Origin: Thraustochytrium aureum | Lineage: Eukaryota | Assembly (NCBI GenBank): GCA_012862495.1 | Contig: BLSG01000212.1 | Span: forward strand, 1 to 58,101 | Length of the DNA stretch: 58,101 bases | Direction of reading: 5' to 3' | Shown: positions 40,764-51,880 of the stretch, in pieces | Layout of the letters: every line of letters begins with the position of its first letter | How positions within the stretch are numbered: the first letter of the stretch is position 1 | Notes under the pieces: model-generated | The model's database searches: none | Told to the model about the DNA's origin: nothing | What the model saw: only the letters and a program-made list of their open reading frames with translations | Program-made: the position numbers and the translations under genes

Positions 40764-42225
40764 TCAAGCGACGTTCGCAACCCCGGGCACCGCCACGCCG
40801 CGCGGTGCGAGGCCAATGGCTCGCCAAAACTCCTCCGCGCTGCGCTCGCCGCGCAGACCAAACTCGGCCAGTCGCTTGCGATACTCAGGTTCTGCTTCCT
40901 CGGGTGGCACGATGCCCAGCAGCACCTTAGCGCGCTGAATGGCCTTCAATCGACAGTCGGCAGCGTGGCCCATGTCGCTGTCGAAGCGCGGCTTGCCGCC
41001 GCGACCGTAGTGGTGCGTGGCAAAGTTCTTGCCCAGGTGATACGCGTTGAAGCCCGCGGCGAACAGCCTGGCCGAGAAGAGCAGCTCCTCGCCGAAGAAC
41101 ATGAAGGACAGGTACGGGTCGAAGCCGCCGATGNNNNNNNNNNNNNNNNNNNNNNNNNNNNNNNNNNNNNNNNNNNNNNNNNNNNNNNNNNNNNNNNNNN
41201 NNNNNNNNNNNNNNNNNNNNNNNNNNNNNNNNNNNNNNNNNNNNNNNNNNNNNNNNNNNNNNNNNNNNNNNNNNNNNNNNNNNNNNNNNNNNNNNNNNNN
41301 NNNNNNNNNNNNNNNNNNNNNNNNNNNNNNNNNNNNNNNCGATGGCTCGCAGCGCCTCGCCGCGGAAGCACATGAGGCCGGCGGCCAGAAGGTGCCCGCG
41401 GAAGGGCTTACCTTCCTCGCCGTCCTCTCGCTCGAACACGTGCGCGCCGATGCCGGGCAGCCCGTCGCCGCCGCTCTTGGCTGTCATGCGGATAGCGTGG
41501 CGGAAGCCGCTCTCGCGCATTCCGCGCATCTGCTCCGCAGTTGGCGGGTAGTTGCCCAGCACCGCACGCGGGTCGTTCGTCAGCGCGAACTGTTCGCGAA
41601 GCGTGTTGTCCCAGTCCGGCTCGAAGTTGGTGTGCGAGTCGATCTGCAGGTAGAACTCCTCGCCGCGGTAGAGCTTGCTGCACTCGTAGCGAGCGAAGGT
41701 GGGGCCCCGCGCCTCCGTGCTGTCCAGCGTTCGCGCGCGCACGTTGCCCATGCGCACGCGCATGGCGCACGTGGGGCAGGCGAGCAAGCAGCTCTCGGCC
41801 CGGTTGTCGACCTGCGATTCGAGAAAACCGAACTCGTCAAAGGCGGCTGCGCCGCTGCCACTGTCCCCACCGCCACCATCTGCCTCCCGCACGCGGTCCT
41901 CCGCATCGGCGTTGGCCTCAACAGCGCGCCCGTCCTCGTTCTGCTGCACAATGCCGACGAAAACGAGGTCGGGCTGCGCGGCCTTCTCGAAGATCTGCGA
42001 CACCGTTGTGCTGCATTCGTCGTCGCGGTAGCTTGCGATGGCGACGAAGATGGCGCCAGGAAAGTGTGGCTGCGGGTACGGGCGCCAGCCGTCCTCCGGC
42101 TGAAGGCACGGGTGCGATGACTCGCAGGGCATCGTTCGTTTCGAGTAGGGAGCAACCCCGAGTTGTTCGAGCGCGTTCACCCAAGCAAGCGCAAGAAAAA
42201 CGGCGGAAGGCGTCGCGTGCGCCAT
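40764..42225 (-). CDS. GT60-family (Skp1 hydroxyproline/polypeptide) N-acetylglucosaminyltransferase; internal N gap
   Basis: IFVAIASYRD.EC, FVGIVQQN, ARGPTFARY...LYRGEEFYLQIDSHTNF..DWD, FDPYLSFMFFGEELLFSARLF..G...HHY. Confidence 0.9.
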
Positions 42226-42260
42226 GTTGTTTTTGTAGGGTGGATAGGGCAAGGACTGTT

Positions 42261-43259
42261 CTAAGTGTCAGCGAGCGTGAACATGCACTCGTCGCGTTCC
42301 TCCTTGATGCGGCGACGGCGCTTGAGCGTTCGCTCGGTGGGCGGCTTGGTCGGCTCGATAGAATTCCCGTCCGCGTCCAGCTCCTCCTCGTAGAACTCGC
42401 GGCCGTGCTCGGCCAGGTACAGCTCGTCATTGGCCCGCACAGCCAGCACCTCCTCCCAGAAGAGGCGCAACTTGGGGATCATGCGCGCGCAAAAGTACGG
42501 GTCGTACTCAATCTCGGTCACGTTGAGCACCGCCTCGCTCCAGGTGTCTTCGGGCCAGAACTGAATGANNNNNNNNNNNNNNNNNNNNNNNNNNNNNNNN
42601 NNNNNNNNNNNNNNNNNNNNNNNNNNNNNNNNNNNNNNNNNNNNNNNNNNNNNNNNNNNNNNNNNNNNNNNNNNNNNNNNNNNNNNNNNNNNNNNNNNNN
42701 NNNNNNNNNNNNNNNNNNNNNNNNNNNNNNNNNNNNNNNNNNNNNNNNNNNNNNNNNNNNNNNNNNNNNNNNNNNNNNNNNNNNNNNNNNNNNNNNNNNN
42801 NNNNNNNNNNNNNNNNNNNNNNNNNNNNNNNNNNNNNNNNNNNNNNNNNNNNNNNNNNNNNNNNNNNNNNNNNNNNNNNNNNNNNNNNNNNNNNNNNNNN
42901 NNNNNNNNNNNNNNNNNNNNNNNNNNNNNNNNNNNNNNNNNNNNNNNNNNNNNNNNNNNNNNNNNNNNNNNNNNNNNNNNNNNNNNNNNNNNNNNNNNNN
43001 NNNNNNNNNNNNNNNNNNNNNNNNNNNNNNNNNNNNNNNNNNNNNNNNNNNNNNNNNNNNNNNNNNNNNNNNNNNNNNNNNNNNNNNNNNNNNNNNNNNN
43101 NNNNNCTTGGCGGCGGGCTCGGCCCCGGGTCCTCCTCGGTACCCGCTCGAAGCGCCCGCGCCCGTGCCTCGGTCAGCGGCGGCAGGCGCAGGCGCTTGGC
43201 GGTCTTGCGCGTCTCAGGCTTGCTGTCGGAAGTGGGGCGGGGTGCTCGCCTAGTGCCAT
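42261..43259 (-). CDS. YqaJ-like viral exonuclease/recombinase (core hidden in N gap)
   Basis: C-terminal IQFWP...NVTEIEYDPYFCARMIPKLRLFWEEV matches the typical NCLDV YqaJ C-terminus; the catalytic PD-(D/E)xK region is not visible. Confidence 0.6.
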
Positions 43260-43612
43260 GTTGCTTGTGCTCTGGAAAAAAACTAGAACAAGGCAAAACG
43301 AAGCGGGTCTGGTTGTGCAGCTTGGTGCTGTCAACAAAGCTATGCTTTCATGGTCTGCCTGTCGTCACCGCCCCCACTGTTGCTGTTGTTGCTGCTGCAG
43401 ACCTTGCAGACCGAGTTTCATTTTTTTTCGATCACTGATGTACATCACCACTCGCCTGGACCTGGCGCGCGCTGAAGCCGGTCGGAACATACGCACTGCC
43501 AAAATCGTCAAGGTCGGATCGTCTCCCCACAAAAACCCGCACGTGTCACGCGCTTTCTTTTCAAATTCAAAAAAAACAGAGAGGTGATTGGTTCTTTGTG
43601 CGGACAACCACC

Positions 43613-44544
43613 ATGGTGGCAGGCCTCGGATACACTCTCAAGTTCTCTTCGCGCCGCGCAGGGCCCTGGGTCCCTTTGGCCGCTGAAAGATCGGCTAGTT
43701 CGAGCGCTACCCGCACTGACGGGACGACGAGTAGCGGCAGCGCCGCCAACGCAACCAGCAACCATGCGCGTGAAACCGTGGCAGACTCGGAACACGAAGC
43801 AGAAGCAATGAGCCCCGATGCAAGCCACCGCTTCATCGGAGTCGCAGTCGTCGCTAGTGCTGTTGGAGGAGAGGGGGCTGACGGGCCTCACGCGGCTGAC
43901 GATGCAGTCGTCGAGGGCAGCGTCGAGCGCGGCATCGAGCGCATCGACGACGCGGAGGAGCCGGGGGAGCCCGGTGTCGCAACGGAGCAGGCCGGCGGTG
44001 GCGAGCTGGGTTCGCGCCCTGCGCTCGCGCAGGTGGAGGACCCGCCGATGGCCGACGCTGGTGGCGACCAGGTATCGGTACCTGCGCCTGTCCCTGCGCC
44101 TGCGGTTGATGTGACGCCGTCTGCTGGCGAGTCCGGGTCATTTGGCATAGACATGGACAAGGACATGAACATGGACATGAACATGGTTGAGGTTGGATTC
44201 GGCGAATTCACCGGGTTCCCCGGAGACTCGGCGCAAGTCACATTCGCAGACGAATTCGCCGGGATCGGTAGCACCATGAACGCAGACGAGCTCGAGGCAT
44301 CGCTGGACGACGTGGCGAGCCTGCTGGACTCTTTGGAGACCGGCTCGGTGCATGTTGCCTCCCCCGGGGCGCTCGTCGAAGCCGAGCAGCTCGATGGCAA
44401 CGACGATCCCGGGGCGGCCGATGCGGTCGAGGTACCCGTCCAGCCTGCGCCGTCTCCGTCGAGCGCCGGGGGGGCGGGGAGCCTGGGGAGCCTGACGAGC
44501 GCAAGGAGCCCGAGGAGCAAGTGGTCGAGATCATCTCCCCTGAG
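43613..44544 (+). CDS. Acidic low-complexity hypothetical protein, 3' end in gap
   Basis: Long D/E/A/G-rich open frame with DMDKDMNMDMNM repeat; start could be 43613 or 43808. Confidence 0.55.
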
Positions 44545-44810
44545 NNNNNNNNNNNNNNNNNNNNNNNNNNNNNNNNNNNNNNNNNNNNNNNNNNNNNNNN
44601 NNNNNNNNNNNNNNNNNNNNNNNNNNNNNNNNNNNNNNNNNNNNNNNNNNNNNNNNNNNNNNNNNNNNNNNNNNNNNNNNNNNNNNNNNNNNNNNNNNNN
44701 NNNNNNCGCCGCTCGAAGCGTGGCGCGAAGAAGAGTAGCAAGTAGACAAATAAACAATCTTTTTTTTCGAGTCTCCTTGTCAACCAGTCCCACGTGGCGC
44801 GAAACGAAAA

Positions 44811-45161
44811 ATGGCAGCAAAGCGCCGCTCGCACACGTCGTACTCGCCGGGTCACGCACAGCAGAGCATGCGTCAATCGCATCACTTGCGCCGCAGAGAT
44901 GCCATCACCGGCCTTGTGGGCGTTATAGCGATGCTTCTGAGCTCAACTTCCCTCGTGCCGCAGTTGATCAAGTTGATGAGCGGCGGCAGCGTCGACGGCG
45001 TTTCGCCGATCACTTTCGGGATCATGGTGAGCTCGTCCGCGATGTGGCTGATCTACAACGTTCGTTCGGGTACGTACGTGGGCGCGGTGTCCAGCGTGAT
45101 CAACATGGTGTTCGCGGGCACCATCCTCGCCCTTGTGCTGCTAAAGTCGCGCGCCGGTTAG
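44811..45161 (+). CDS. PQ-loop / SemiSWEET-type 3-TM transporter
   Basis: GVIAMLLSSTSLVPQLIKL...VDGVS..TF......MWLIY...N: conserved PQ, W and N; AAAAATG start. Confidence 0.85.
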   Translation: MAAKRRSHTSYSPGHAQQSMRQSHHLRRRDAITGLVGVIAMLLSSTSLVPQLIKLMSGGSVDGVSPITFGIMVSSSAMWLIYNVRSGTYVGAVSSVINMVFAGTILALVLLKSRAG

Positions 45162-45492
45162 CGGCGCGTGTCGCGTTGAATGCTTACTTACGGGTGGTGC
45201 TGCGGCGGCGGTGGCGGCGGTGACCGGGGCGAACGGTAACGCGAATCTTCGCAGTTTTTGTACCGGTTTTTGTACCGGTTGCGCTACCGCGGCGGCGTCG
45301 GTGGGTCGACGTGGTAGAGCGCTTCCTGTGGTGGCGGGCCATGGATGCTTTTGGTCTGTGGTGTTTCTGTGCTCGGTCCTCGTGTGTGTGTGTATGCGCC
45401 CCTCGTGTTCGTGGGCAACAGAAAATATTTCACGTAGGTTGCAGGCCCGTCGCAAGGATTTTTTTTGGAGGCTTTGTACAGCACAGTGAGCC

Positions 45493-47059
45493 ATGGCGTT
45501 TGAACACGAACATGCATGGCCGGTCGCCGCGCTGCTGGCGGTTGCGGCCGCAGGCATCGGCCTGGATGATGTGGCTGTGCCTGCGAACTACGGCGCTCGC
45601 GCGTCGGTGGGCAGCGTCGACCGCATCTTCGTCGCCACCGTGGGTTGCGCTGTGCTGATGCTAGCGTGGGTGGGCGCGCAGGCCCCCGAAAGCATGGTCT
45701 CGGCGATTCTGCTCGGCTTCATCGCTGTCGCAGGAACGGAGGCCGCGCTGCGATTTGAAGAGCCATTCTCGGGCAGCGTGGTTTTCGACGCAATGTCGCG
45801 CGACGGCGATCGACGCAGCGAGGTCGACCGCGTATCATCCATCCTGGCGTTCGTGGGCATGACAGCGCTCTCGCTGTCGATGGTCTCGCTACTGGACCCG
45901 GGCGGCCTGCATGGGTTCGCTGTACTGGTTGCGGTGGCGGCGGCGGTTGCGTTGATCGCCGTGCTGGTGTACAGCGCTCACGTTGGTGCGCTGGCGAACG
46001 GTAGGGTGATGGTACCGCCCATGAGCGAGTTGGTGCGCAGCGCTGGTAAGAGCTTTCGAGGCGCCACCGAACGCAAGGCGGAGACTGCCGCTCTGGCGGT
46101 AGCGTTGGTCATCGCGCCAACTACGCTCGTGCTGGCGGGCAGTCGCACACCCGCATCCTTCGCTGCACACATGGTGACGGTCGTAATTGGGTTGGGTGCG
46201 ACGGCGATGAGCTTTGCGGTGGTGGGTGAGCTCGAACCGGCACTGCGTGCTGCTGATGAGACAAATGTTCCGGGCAGTGATGGTTACGACAGTGTCGGAG
46301 GTGGTGGGACCAACGGCGGTGCCAATGCCATTGGGAGCGGGCAAGGTGGAGAAGGGACAGTGGTGGATACGGGCGCTGGGGTCGGTCTACCTGACGGTGG
46401 CAGCGGCGACAACGCAACGGTGGGACTGGTGGTTGGCTTGGGTGTAGGTGGTGTGGTCGTTGCACTGGTAGCAGTGGTTGGCATTCGCCACGCGCTGCGC
46501 CAAAGGCGGGCGTTGAAAAATTGGGTAAAGTTGGAGGGTTGAATGCTGAGTCTGTTTTGTCTGATGAACCGCTCGACAAAGCAGGAGAAGCTTCAAATAA
46601 AAAGCTAAACAAGCCAGTGACCGGAAAAAAACGCAAAAAGCAAGAGCCCCCCCCCAAAAAAATTGCGCTGCATCATCTACTTTACAATGCGGACAAAAGA
46701 CAGGTTCAACAGTATGGGGAGTTCATTAAAACGTACTACAAGCGAGTTTTAACAGCATTGCAGGGAATGAAGAATGATAAAGATGCAGAACGTGAAAAGC
46801 GCGAAGCTGATGTGAGAGATTTGATTGAAGTTCGTTCAAAAATTCTTGCGTCAGACGTTAATTTACAAGAGTTTAACAAGATGTCATCGGCTGAGTTTGC
46901 AGAAACGTTATGGGAAACGTTATGAAGCTCATAGCGGACCTAAACAACAAATACAGACTGGATATCATTGACTGGGATGAAATTGAGAGACGCGCGGAAG
47001 AAGAAGAAGAAAGAGAGACGTATCTCAGAAAATTAGAAGGACTTGAAAAAAAGGGATGA
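45493..47059 (+). CDS. Multi-pass membrane protein with Gly-rich linker, last TM and AT-rich charged tail (frameshifts at ~46518 and ~46904)
   Basis: Restoring one A in each of two A-runs joins 45493-46542, 46521-46925 and a final frame (MGNVMKLIADLNNKYRLDIIDWDEIERR...KKG*) ending at 47059. Confidence 0.65.
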
Positions 47060-47066
47060 TTCTGTG

Positions 47067-47144
47067 CAGCGACGCCGGGGAGCGACGCCGGGGAGCGACG
47101 CCGGGCAGCGACGCCGGGCAGCGACGCCGGGCAGCGACGCCGGG
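47067..47144 (+). repeat. Tandem repeat, 13-bp (C/G)AGCGACGCCGGG x6
   Basis: Six consecutive units starting 8 bp after the stop at 47059. Confidence 0.95.
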
Positions 47145-47183
47145 CAGGAAGTAGTTTGAAGAAAGAAGCCGAATGAAGCCGAA

Positions 47184-47380
47184 TGATAAGTGGTGTGTTA
47201 GATGTATTAGCTGTTGTTTTTGTCTTTCGCTTGCCCACTGCCGCTTCGGCCCACTGCCGCTTCGGCCCACTACTTAGAAGTTGCGTGTGCGTGTGGTGAT
47301 AAGTGATAAGTGATAAGTTGCGTGTGGTGATAAGTTGCGTGTTTTGTTGATAAGTCTAGCGCCCGGTTGATGATAAGTGA
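47184..47380 (+). repeat. TGATAAG(T) cluster (~7 copies) plus 16-bp GCCCACTGCCGCTTCG duplication; left arm of inverted repeat
   Basis: 47328-47355 is the exact reverse complement of 56338-56365. Confidence 0.9.
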
Positions 47381-47759
47381 GTGCAGCATAGCTGCGAAAC
47401 GATGGCCTACATGGTGCGTGCTAGTTCCGCTCCTACCACGGGGTGCACGTGTTCCTTTGACCCACGTGTTCTATCGAGTTTCGTTGTTCTATGGACGAAC
47501 GGGCTCATTGTTCTTAGGTGCGCATGTGTTCCGATAAATAAAGAACAATCATGAACAAGGTACACATTGGTGTTCCAAAGAATAGAGGGTTTGCCGTAAT
47601 AGAGGAACGTCTGAAGGGTTCGTTGTACCGTTGTGTCACAAGCACACAAGGTGACACAAATCGAGCGTTCGTTTGTTCAAAACGAGATAGAGGAATAATC
47701 GTGGAAAAGAGTACTTTATGCTTTGTAGAAAGGGTATGTATGTGTGTGGCGTGCATCGC

Positions 47760-49375
47760 TCAGTTCTTGAGCGCCTCACGCGCAACCGACCAGAAAGAGT
47801 TAGGGTTTTGGCGCAAGCGTCGGAGGTGCCTGCTGTACGAAGCCTTGAGCATCACAACGCACTTAGTGGTTGCAGCGGCAATTTCCTTGAACTTGTGGCG
47901 CTTGTCCGCAGTGATGGTGGACCAGGAGTACTTGGCGTTGGTGATTGAGAGAATGAAGTCGTCGACGACNNNNNNNNNNNNNNNNNNNNNNNNNNNNNNN
48001 NNNNNNNNNNNNNNNNNNNNNNNNNNNNNNNNNNNNNNNNNNNNNNNNNNNNNNNNNNNNNNNNNNNNNNNNNNNNNNNNNNNNNNNNNNNNNNNNNNNN
48101 NNNNNNNNNNNNNNNNNNNNNNNNNNNNNNNNNNNNNNNNNNNNNNNNNNNNNNNNNNNNNNNNNNNNNNNNNNNNNNNNNNNNNNNNNNNNNNNNNNNN
48201 NNNNNNNNNNNNNNNNNNNNNNNNNNNNNNNNNNNNNNNNNNNNNNNNNNNNNNNNNNNNNNNNNNNNNNNNNNNNNNNNNNNNNNNNNNNNNNNNNNNN
48301 NNNNNNNNNNNNNNNNNNNNNNNNNNNCGTCACCGGACTCGTCGTCTCCATGCTGCACACCCACAGGAGCCACGGGAGCCACGGGAGTCACGGGAGCCAC
48401 GTGCGCGGAGGTGAACGCCTCCCAGGTGACCGGCTGCGGGGTACTCTCTTCCACAGAGCCCGCGGCCTTCGCAGAGGCGTGGATCTCAGCGGCGCTCTTG
48501 AACGACTCGCGAAGGCGCGTTGAAAGGCGCTCCGAGCGCTCCGCGAACACTTGATTGGTGGCCGCGATAATGCTCTTCACAACGTCCTCCTGCTCGCACT
48601 TGATCTCGTTGTGAAGAAACACCATGGTCGCCATAACGCCCTCCATGACGTTCTCCTGCGCGCTGCAGAAGGCAAGTGCACCCCCCACGTTGTCGACGCA
48701 AGAAGTCGCCACAGAAGTCACAGTGGCACGCGCCGCGTCGGAAGCGCGCATCGCCTCGGCCATGGTGTCCTGCGCCTCCTTGGACTCCGCAAGAATCTTG
48801 TCCACACACGTCTTGACCTCAGCGGAGCTCGCATCGTCCAGCTTCTCCGTGCAAATCTGCATGATGCGCCTGTACTCTTCCGATTCGCCTGCGCGCTCCG
48901 AGGTCTCCTGGGCGCACACTGCACGTGCGCGCGCCTCGGCCGCGCACGCCTGCGCGTCACTGGTGGCAGTGTGCAGGCGCTCGAGCGTCTCTTGAACCCG
49001 ATCGTGCGCCTCCAGCAGGTACCGTTCCAGGGTCTTGAGCTTGTTGCGCATGGTCTCCACGTTCGCGGCGCTCTGGTTGAGGGTGCTTGAGGTGGCCTCG
49101 GCAATGCTTGAAATGGAACCTACCTCCTTGAGGGAGTCCTCCACAAGGTCGATCACCACGTTGTTCGAAGCCGGTCCCCGCGCGCGCACCTGCGCCGCAC
49201 TGCTCGAGCTCGACGACGGGCGCTGCCCGCGCTCAAGGCTGTCCATGCTCTCCTCGCTCTCGTTGCTCCTCACGCTCGCGGCCCTCTGCCGCGCCGGTTC
49301 CTTGCCGCGCGCGCGCGCCGTGGTCGGCGCGGAGCAGGGGCTCGCCGCGTACATCATAGTGCTCTCCGCGCTCAT
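47760..49375 (-). CDS. Hypothetical coiled-coil protein interrupted by N gap
   Basis: ATG 49375 (MSAESTMM); helical A/E/S-rich sequence; after the gap VVDDFILSITNAKYSW...REALKN* ends at 47760. Confidence 0.7.
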
Positions 49376-49446
49376 TCCTCCTGGTCGCTGGTGCTTGCCT
49401 GTTGCTGGTGCTTGCTTGTCTTTGCTTTTGCTTTTGCTTTGCTGTT

Positions 49447-49461
49447 GCGTTTGGGGTCTGC
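49447..49461 (-). promoter_or_regulatory. GCAGACCCCAAACGC element, copy 3
   Basis: Exact core 72 bp upstream of ATG 49375, followed by an AAGCA-rich leader. Confidence 0.6.
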
Positions 49462-49700
49462 TCTTCCGCGCGCGGCACTGCTCGGCGCTCGACCTGATAC
49501 TGGGGCGAAAGGTGAGCGTGCTTGTAAAACCTGAACAGCGTATCCAAGCGCATTGTTGTGACAATAACCCGTGTCCCATTGGATCAGAACCACCGTCGGT
49601 TTGGATCTCTCCCTGACAGGAATTTCGAGGGCGCAATTGGGTATCCAAATCGCCCTTAAGGATAATTCGAGTGCTTCGGTACTCCGTGTATAATTGGGCA

Positions 49701-50415
49701 GTGTCCGTGTCCATGTCCGTGTCCATGTCCGAACCCGGACACGGACATGGACACGCAAAGATCGAACCGACCTCTGTCTGTCGAAGATCCAACCGCCGTC
49801 CGTCGACCAGAACAAACGCGTCGGGGTGTGCGTGCTGGACGTGATGTCCGTGTCCGTGTCCGTGTCCGTGTCCCGGACACGGACAGGACAGGGTTAGGGT
49901 TTCTTGGACAAAATGAGTGGTTGCGGTAGGAAAGAGGAAAGAAATGCGTTGGACGCGTCCGCTCAAAAGATCCAACCGCCGCTCAAAAGATCCAACCGCC
50001 GTCCGTTGACCATAAGGATACGCTTGGTAGGTGTTGCGCTGGACACGGTTCTGTCCGAATCTGTCCGAATCTGCACCTGCGCCTGCACCTGCACCTGCAC
50101 CTGCACCTGCGCCTGCACCTGCGCCTGCACCTGCACCACCTGCGCAAACAGGCGAAGATCCAACCGCCATCCGTCGAGCTGAACGTGACCCGTGAAGTGT
50201 GCAACCTAACAGAGACCCTAGGGTTCCTAGGGTGCGTTTCGTTCGTTTTGTTCTGGACGAACGAGCTGTTCTCAACAAGGTACAGGGTTTTTCGAGAGCA
50301 TTGTTGCTTGGTTGTTATCCTGTCATACAAGCTACGAACATGCACGGATGCACGGATGCACATGCACGGATGCACGCATGCACACATGCACACATGCACA
50401 CATGCACGCATGCAC
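49701..50415. repeat. Non-coding repeat cluster: GGACAC/GGACAT hairpins, AAGATCCAACCGCC x4, (CCTGCA/G)n, (ATGCAC)n
   Basis: 18-bp perfect stem at 49707-49724/49737-49754; second hairpin at ~49845-49890; hexamer array at ~50071-50145; ATGCAC array at ~50340-50415. Confidence 0.85.
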
Positions 50416-50554
50416 CTTCTCAAAGGGTAATTCGAGGAATTCTATGCTCTATGGTTGCCTGTGTTCTATAATTAGCCAGTGAATGAGTGTGCAGCCTATG
50501 GCTAAAAAGACTGGGAACAGTTTCAGAATGGTGATAGATGGCTTTGTAAAGGTT

Positions 50555-51769
50555 CTACTGCTGCTTAGCGCGCTTGGAGCTCTCGATGCTCTCCTCGCCG
50601 TCAGGCGCGTCCTCGTCGAGCTTGCGCTTCTTGGCCGCCAGGCGTCGGGTGGCCTGGGCCAGGCGCTCGTGCACACTCGCAAGCTCCGCGGTGCGCGCAG
50701 TTAGCTGCGCGTCAGCCAAGGTTGTGGCGCTTTCGGCGAGCTGGCGGTTGAGGTTCTTGAGCTTCAGGTACTCCTCCCTCTTGTTAGCAGTGCGCGTGGT
50801 CAAGGCGTCCAGCTTGGCTTGCTGCTTGGCTTGGCTCTCAATGATCTCGCGGACATGCACACTGCGCTTGGCAATCGCCTTCTCCGTGTTCGTCGCCTTC
50901 TTCTCAATGGCGAGGTAGCGCTTCTCAGCCTCCTTGATCTTCCTCTCAATGCGAGCGAGATTGGCGAGCTTGACCTCCTCCTCGTCGTAGGTGTCGATCT
51001 CCTCGTCGTCATGCACAAAGCGATCCGTACCCTTCCACGGCGCGACAGATTCGCCGGGGAGCACACCCAAGGGCCCGCTCTTGCGACCAGGGCGGCGCTT
51101 GGGCTGCTTGCGGCGCTTCCCAGCCGCGGCGTCGCTCTCATCATCGTCGCCACCCTCGTCCTCCTCAGAGTCGCTCAAGCTGACGCTGTCCTCGCTCTCC
51201 TCCTCCTCCTCGTAGTCCTCGTCCGAGTCGGAACCGCTGTCGGCCGCGTCCTCGTTCTCCTCGTCGACGTAGTCGTGCATGTTGACCGCGTTGAAAATCG
51301 CGTTGTTGATGTACCACGCCAGGTCAGAGGTGTTCGGCACGATTTTCATGGCGCTCAACTTGCTGTAGGCCGCCGTCCACTTCTGGAGCATCGCTGAGGT
51401 GGCCGTGAAGACGTCAAGAGTCCCGAAAAGGTCCACCGCAAAGCTTGAGTTCTTGTCCAGCAGTTCAGTGGCGGCCATCTTCAGAGCGAGCACTTCAGAC
51501 CCTCCCTCGTTCAGGATTCGCTGAGTGATCTCGCCGCTGCGCTCCAACTCCTCCGCGGAGGGCTCACTGTACTCGAGAGACGCGTCGTCGTCAAGAATGC
51601 CGTCGACAGCCTCCAGAGTGAGCCCGGTGTCAGCGAAAACTTGATCCTCCTCCGTCGCGGTGGGCGCGACGGGTTCCTCGGGCATGGTCTCCACGGGCAT
51701 GGTCTCCACGGGCATGGTCTCCACGGGCATGGTCTCCACGGGGGCAATAACGGGCGTCTCCGAGCTCAT
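50555..51769 (-). CDS. Acidic protein with basic NLS-like patches and C-terminal coiled coil; PVETM x4 repeat
   Basis: Poly-A followed by ATG at 51769; D/E tract; KRRKQPKRR; 15-bp coding repeat at ~51681-51740. Confidence 0.8.
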   Translation of the reverse strand: MSSETPVIAPVETMPVETMPVETMPVETMPEEPVAPTATEEDQVFADTGLTLEAVDGILDDDASLEYSEPSAEELERSGEITQRILNEGGSEVLALKMAATELLDKNSSFAVDLFGTLDVFTATSAMLQKWTAAYSKLSAMKIVPNTSDLAWYINNAIFNAVNMHDYVDEENEDAADSGSDSDEDYEEEEESEDSVSLSDSEEDEGGDDDESDAAAGKRRKQPKRRPGRKSGPLGVLPGESVAPWKGTDRFVHDDEEIDTYDEEEVKLANLARIERKIKEAEKRYLAIEKKATNTEKAIAKRSVHVREIIESQAKQQAKLDALTTRTANKREEYLKLKNLNRQLAESATTLADAQLTARTAELASVHERLAQATRRLAAKKRKLDEDAPDGEESIESSKRAKQQ

Positions 51770-51865
51770 TTTTTTTTGCGCGCGCGTCGAACTTGGCGAA
51801 CTTGGGTGCTTGGGTGTTGCTTGAGAGTGCTTTGAAGTGCTTTTGATTGCTTGTTTTCTGCGTTG

Positions 51866-51880
51866 TCGTTTGGGGTCTGC
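51866..51880 (-). promoter_or_regulatory. GCAGACCCCAAACG element, copy 4
   Basis: 14/15 match to the core, ~97 bp upstream of ATG 51769. Confidence 0.6.

Noticed and set aside
49376..50278. N-terminal extension of the 808-aa ORF (poly-GA, GH repeats)
   Set aside because: Read-through of non-coding hexamer repeats; the motif-associated ATG at 49375 is a better start.
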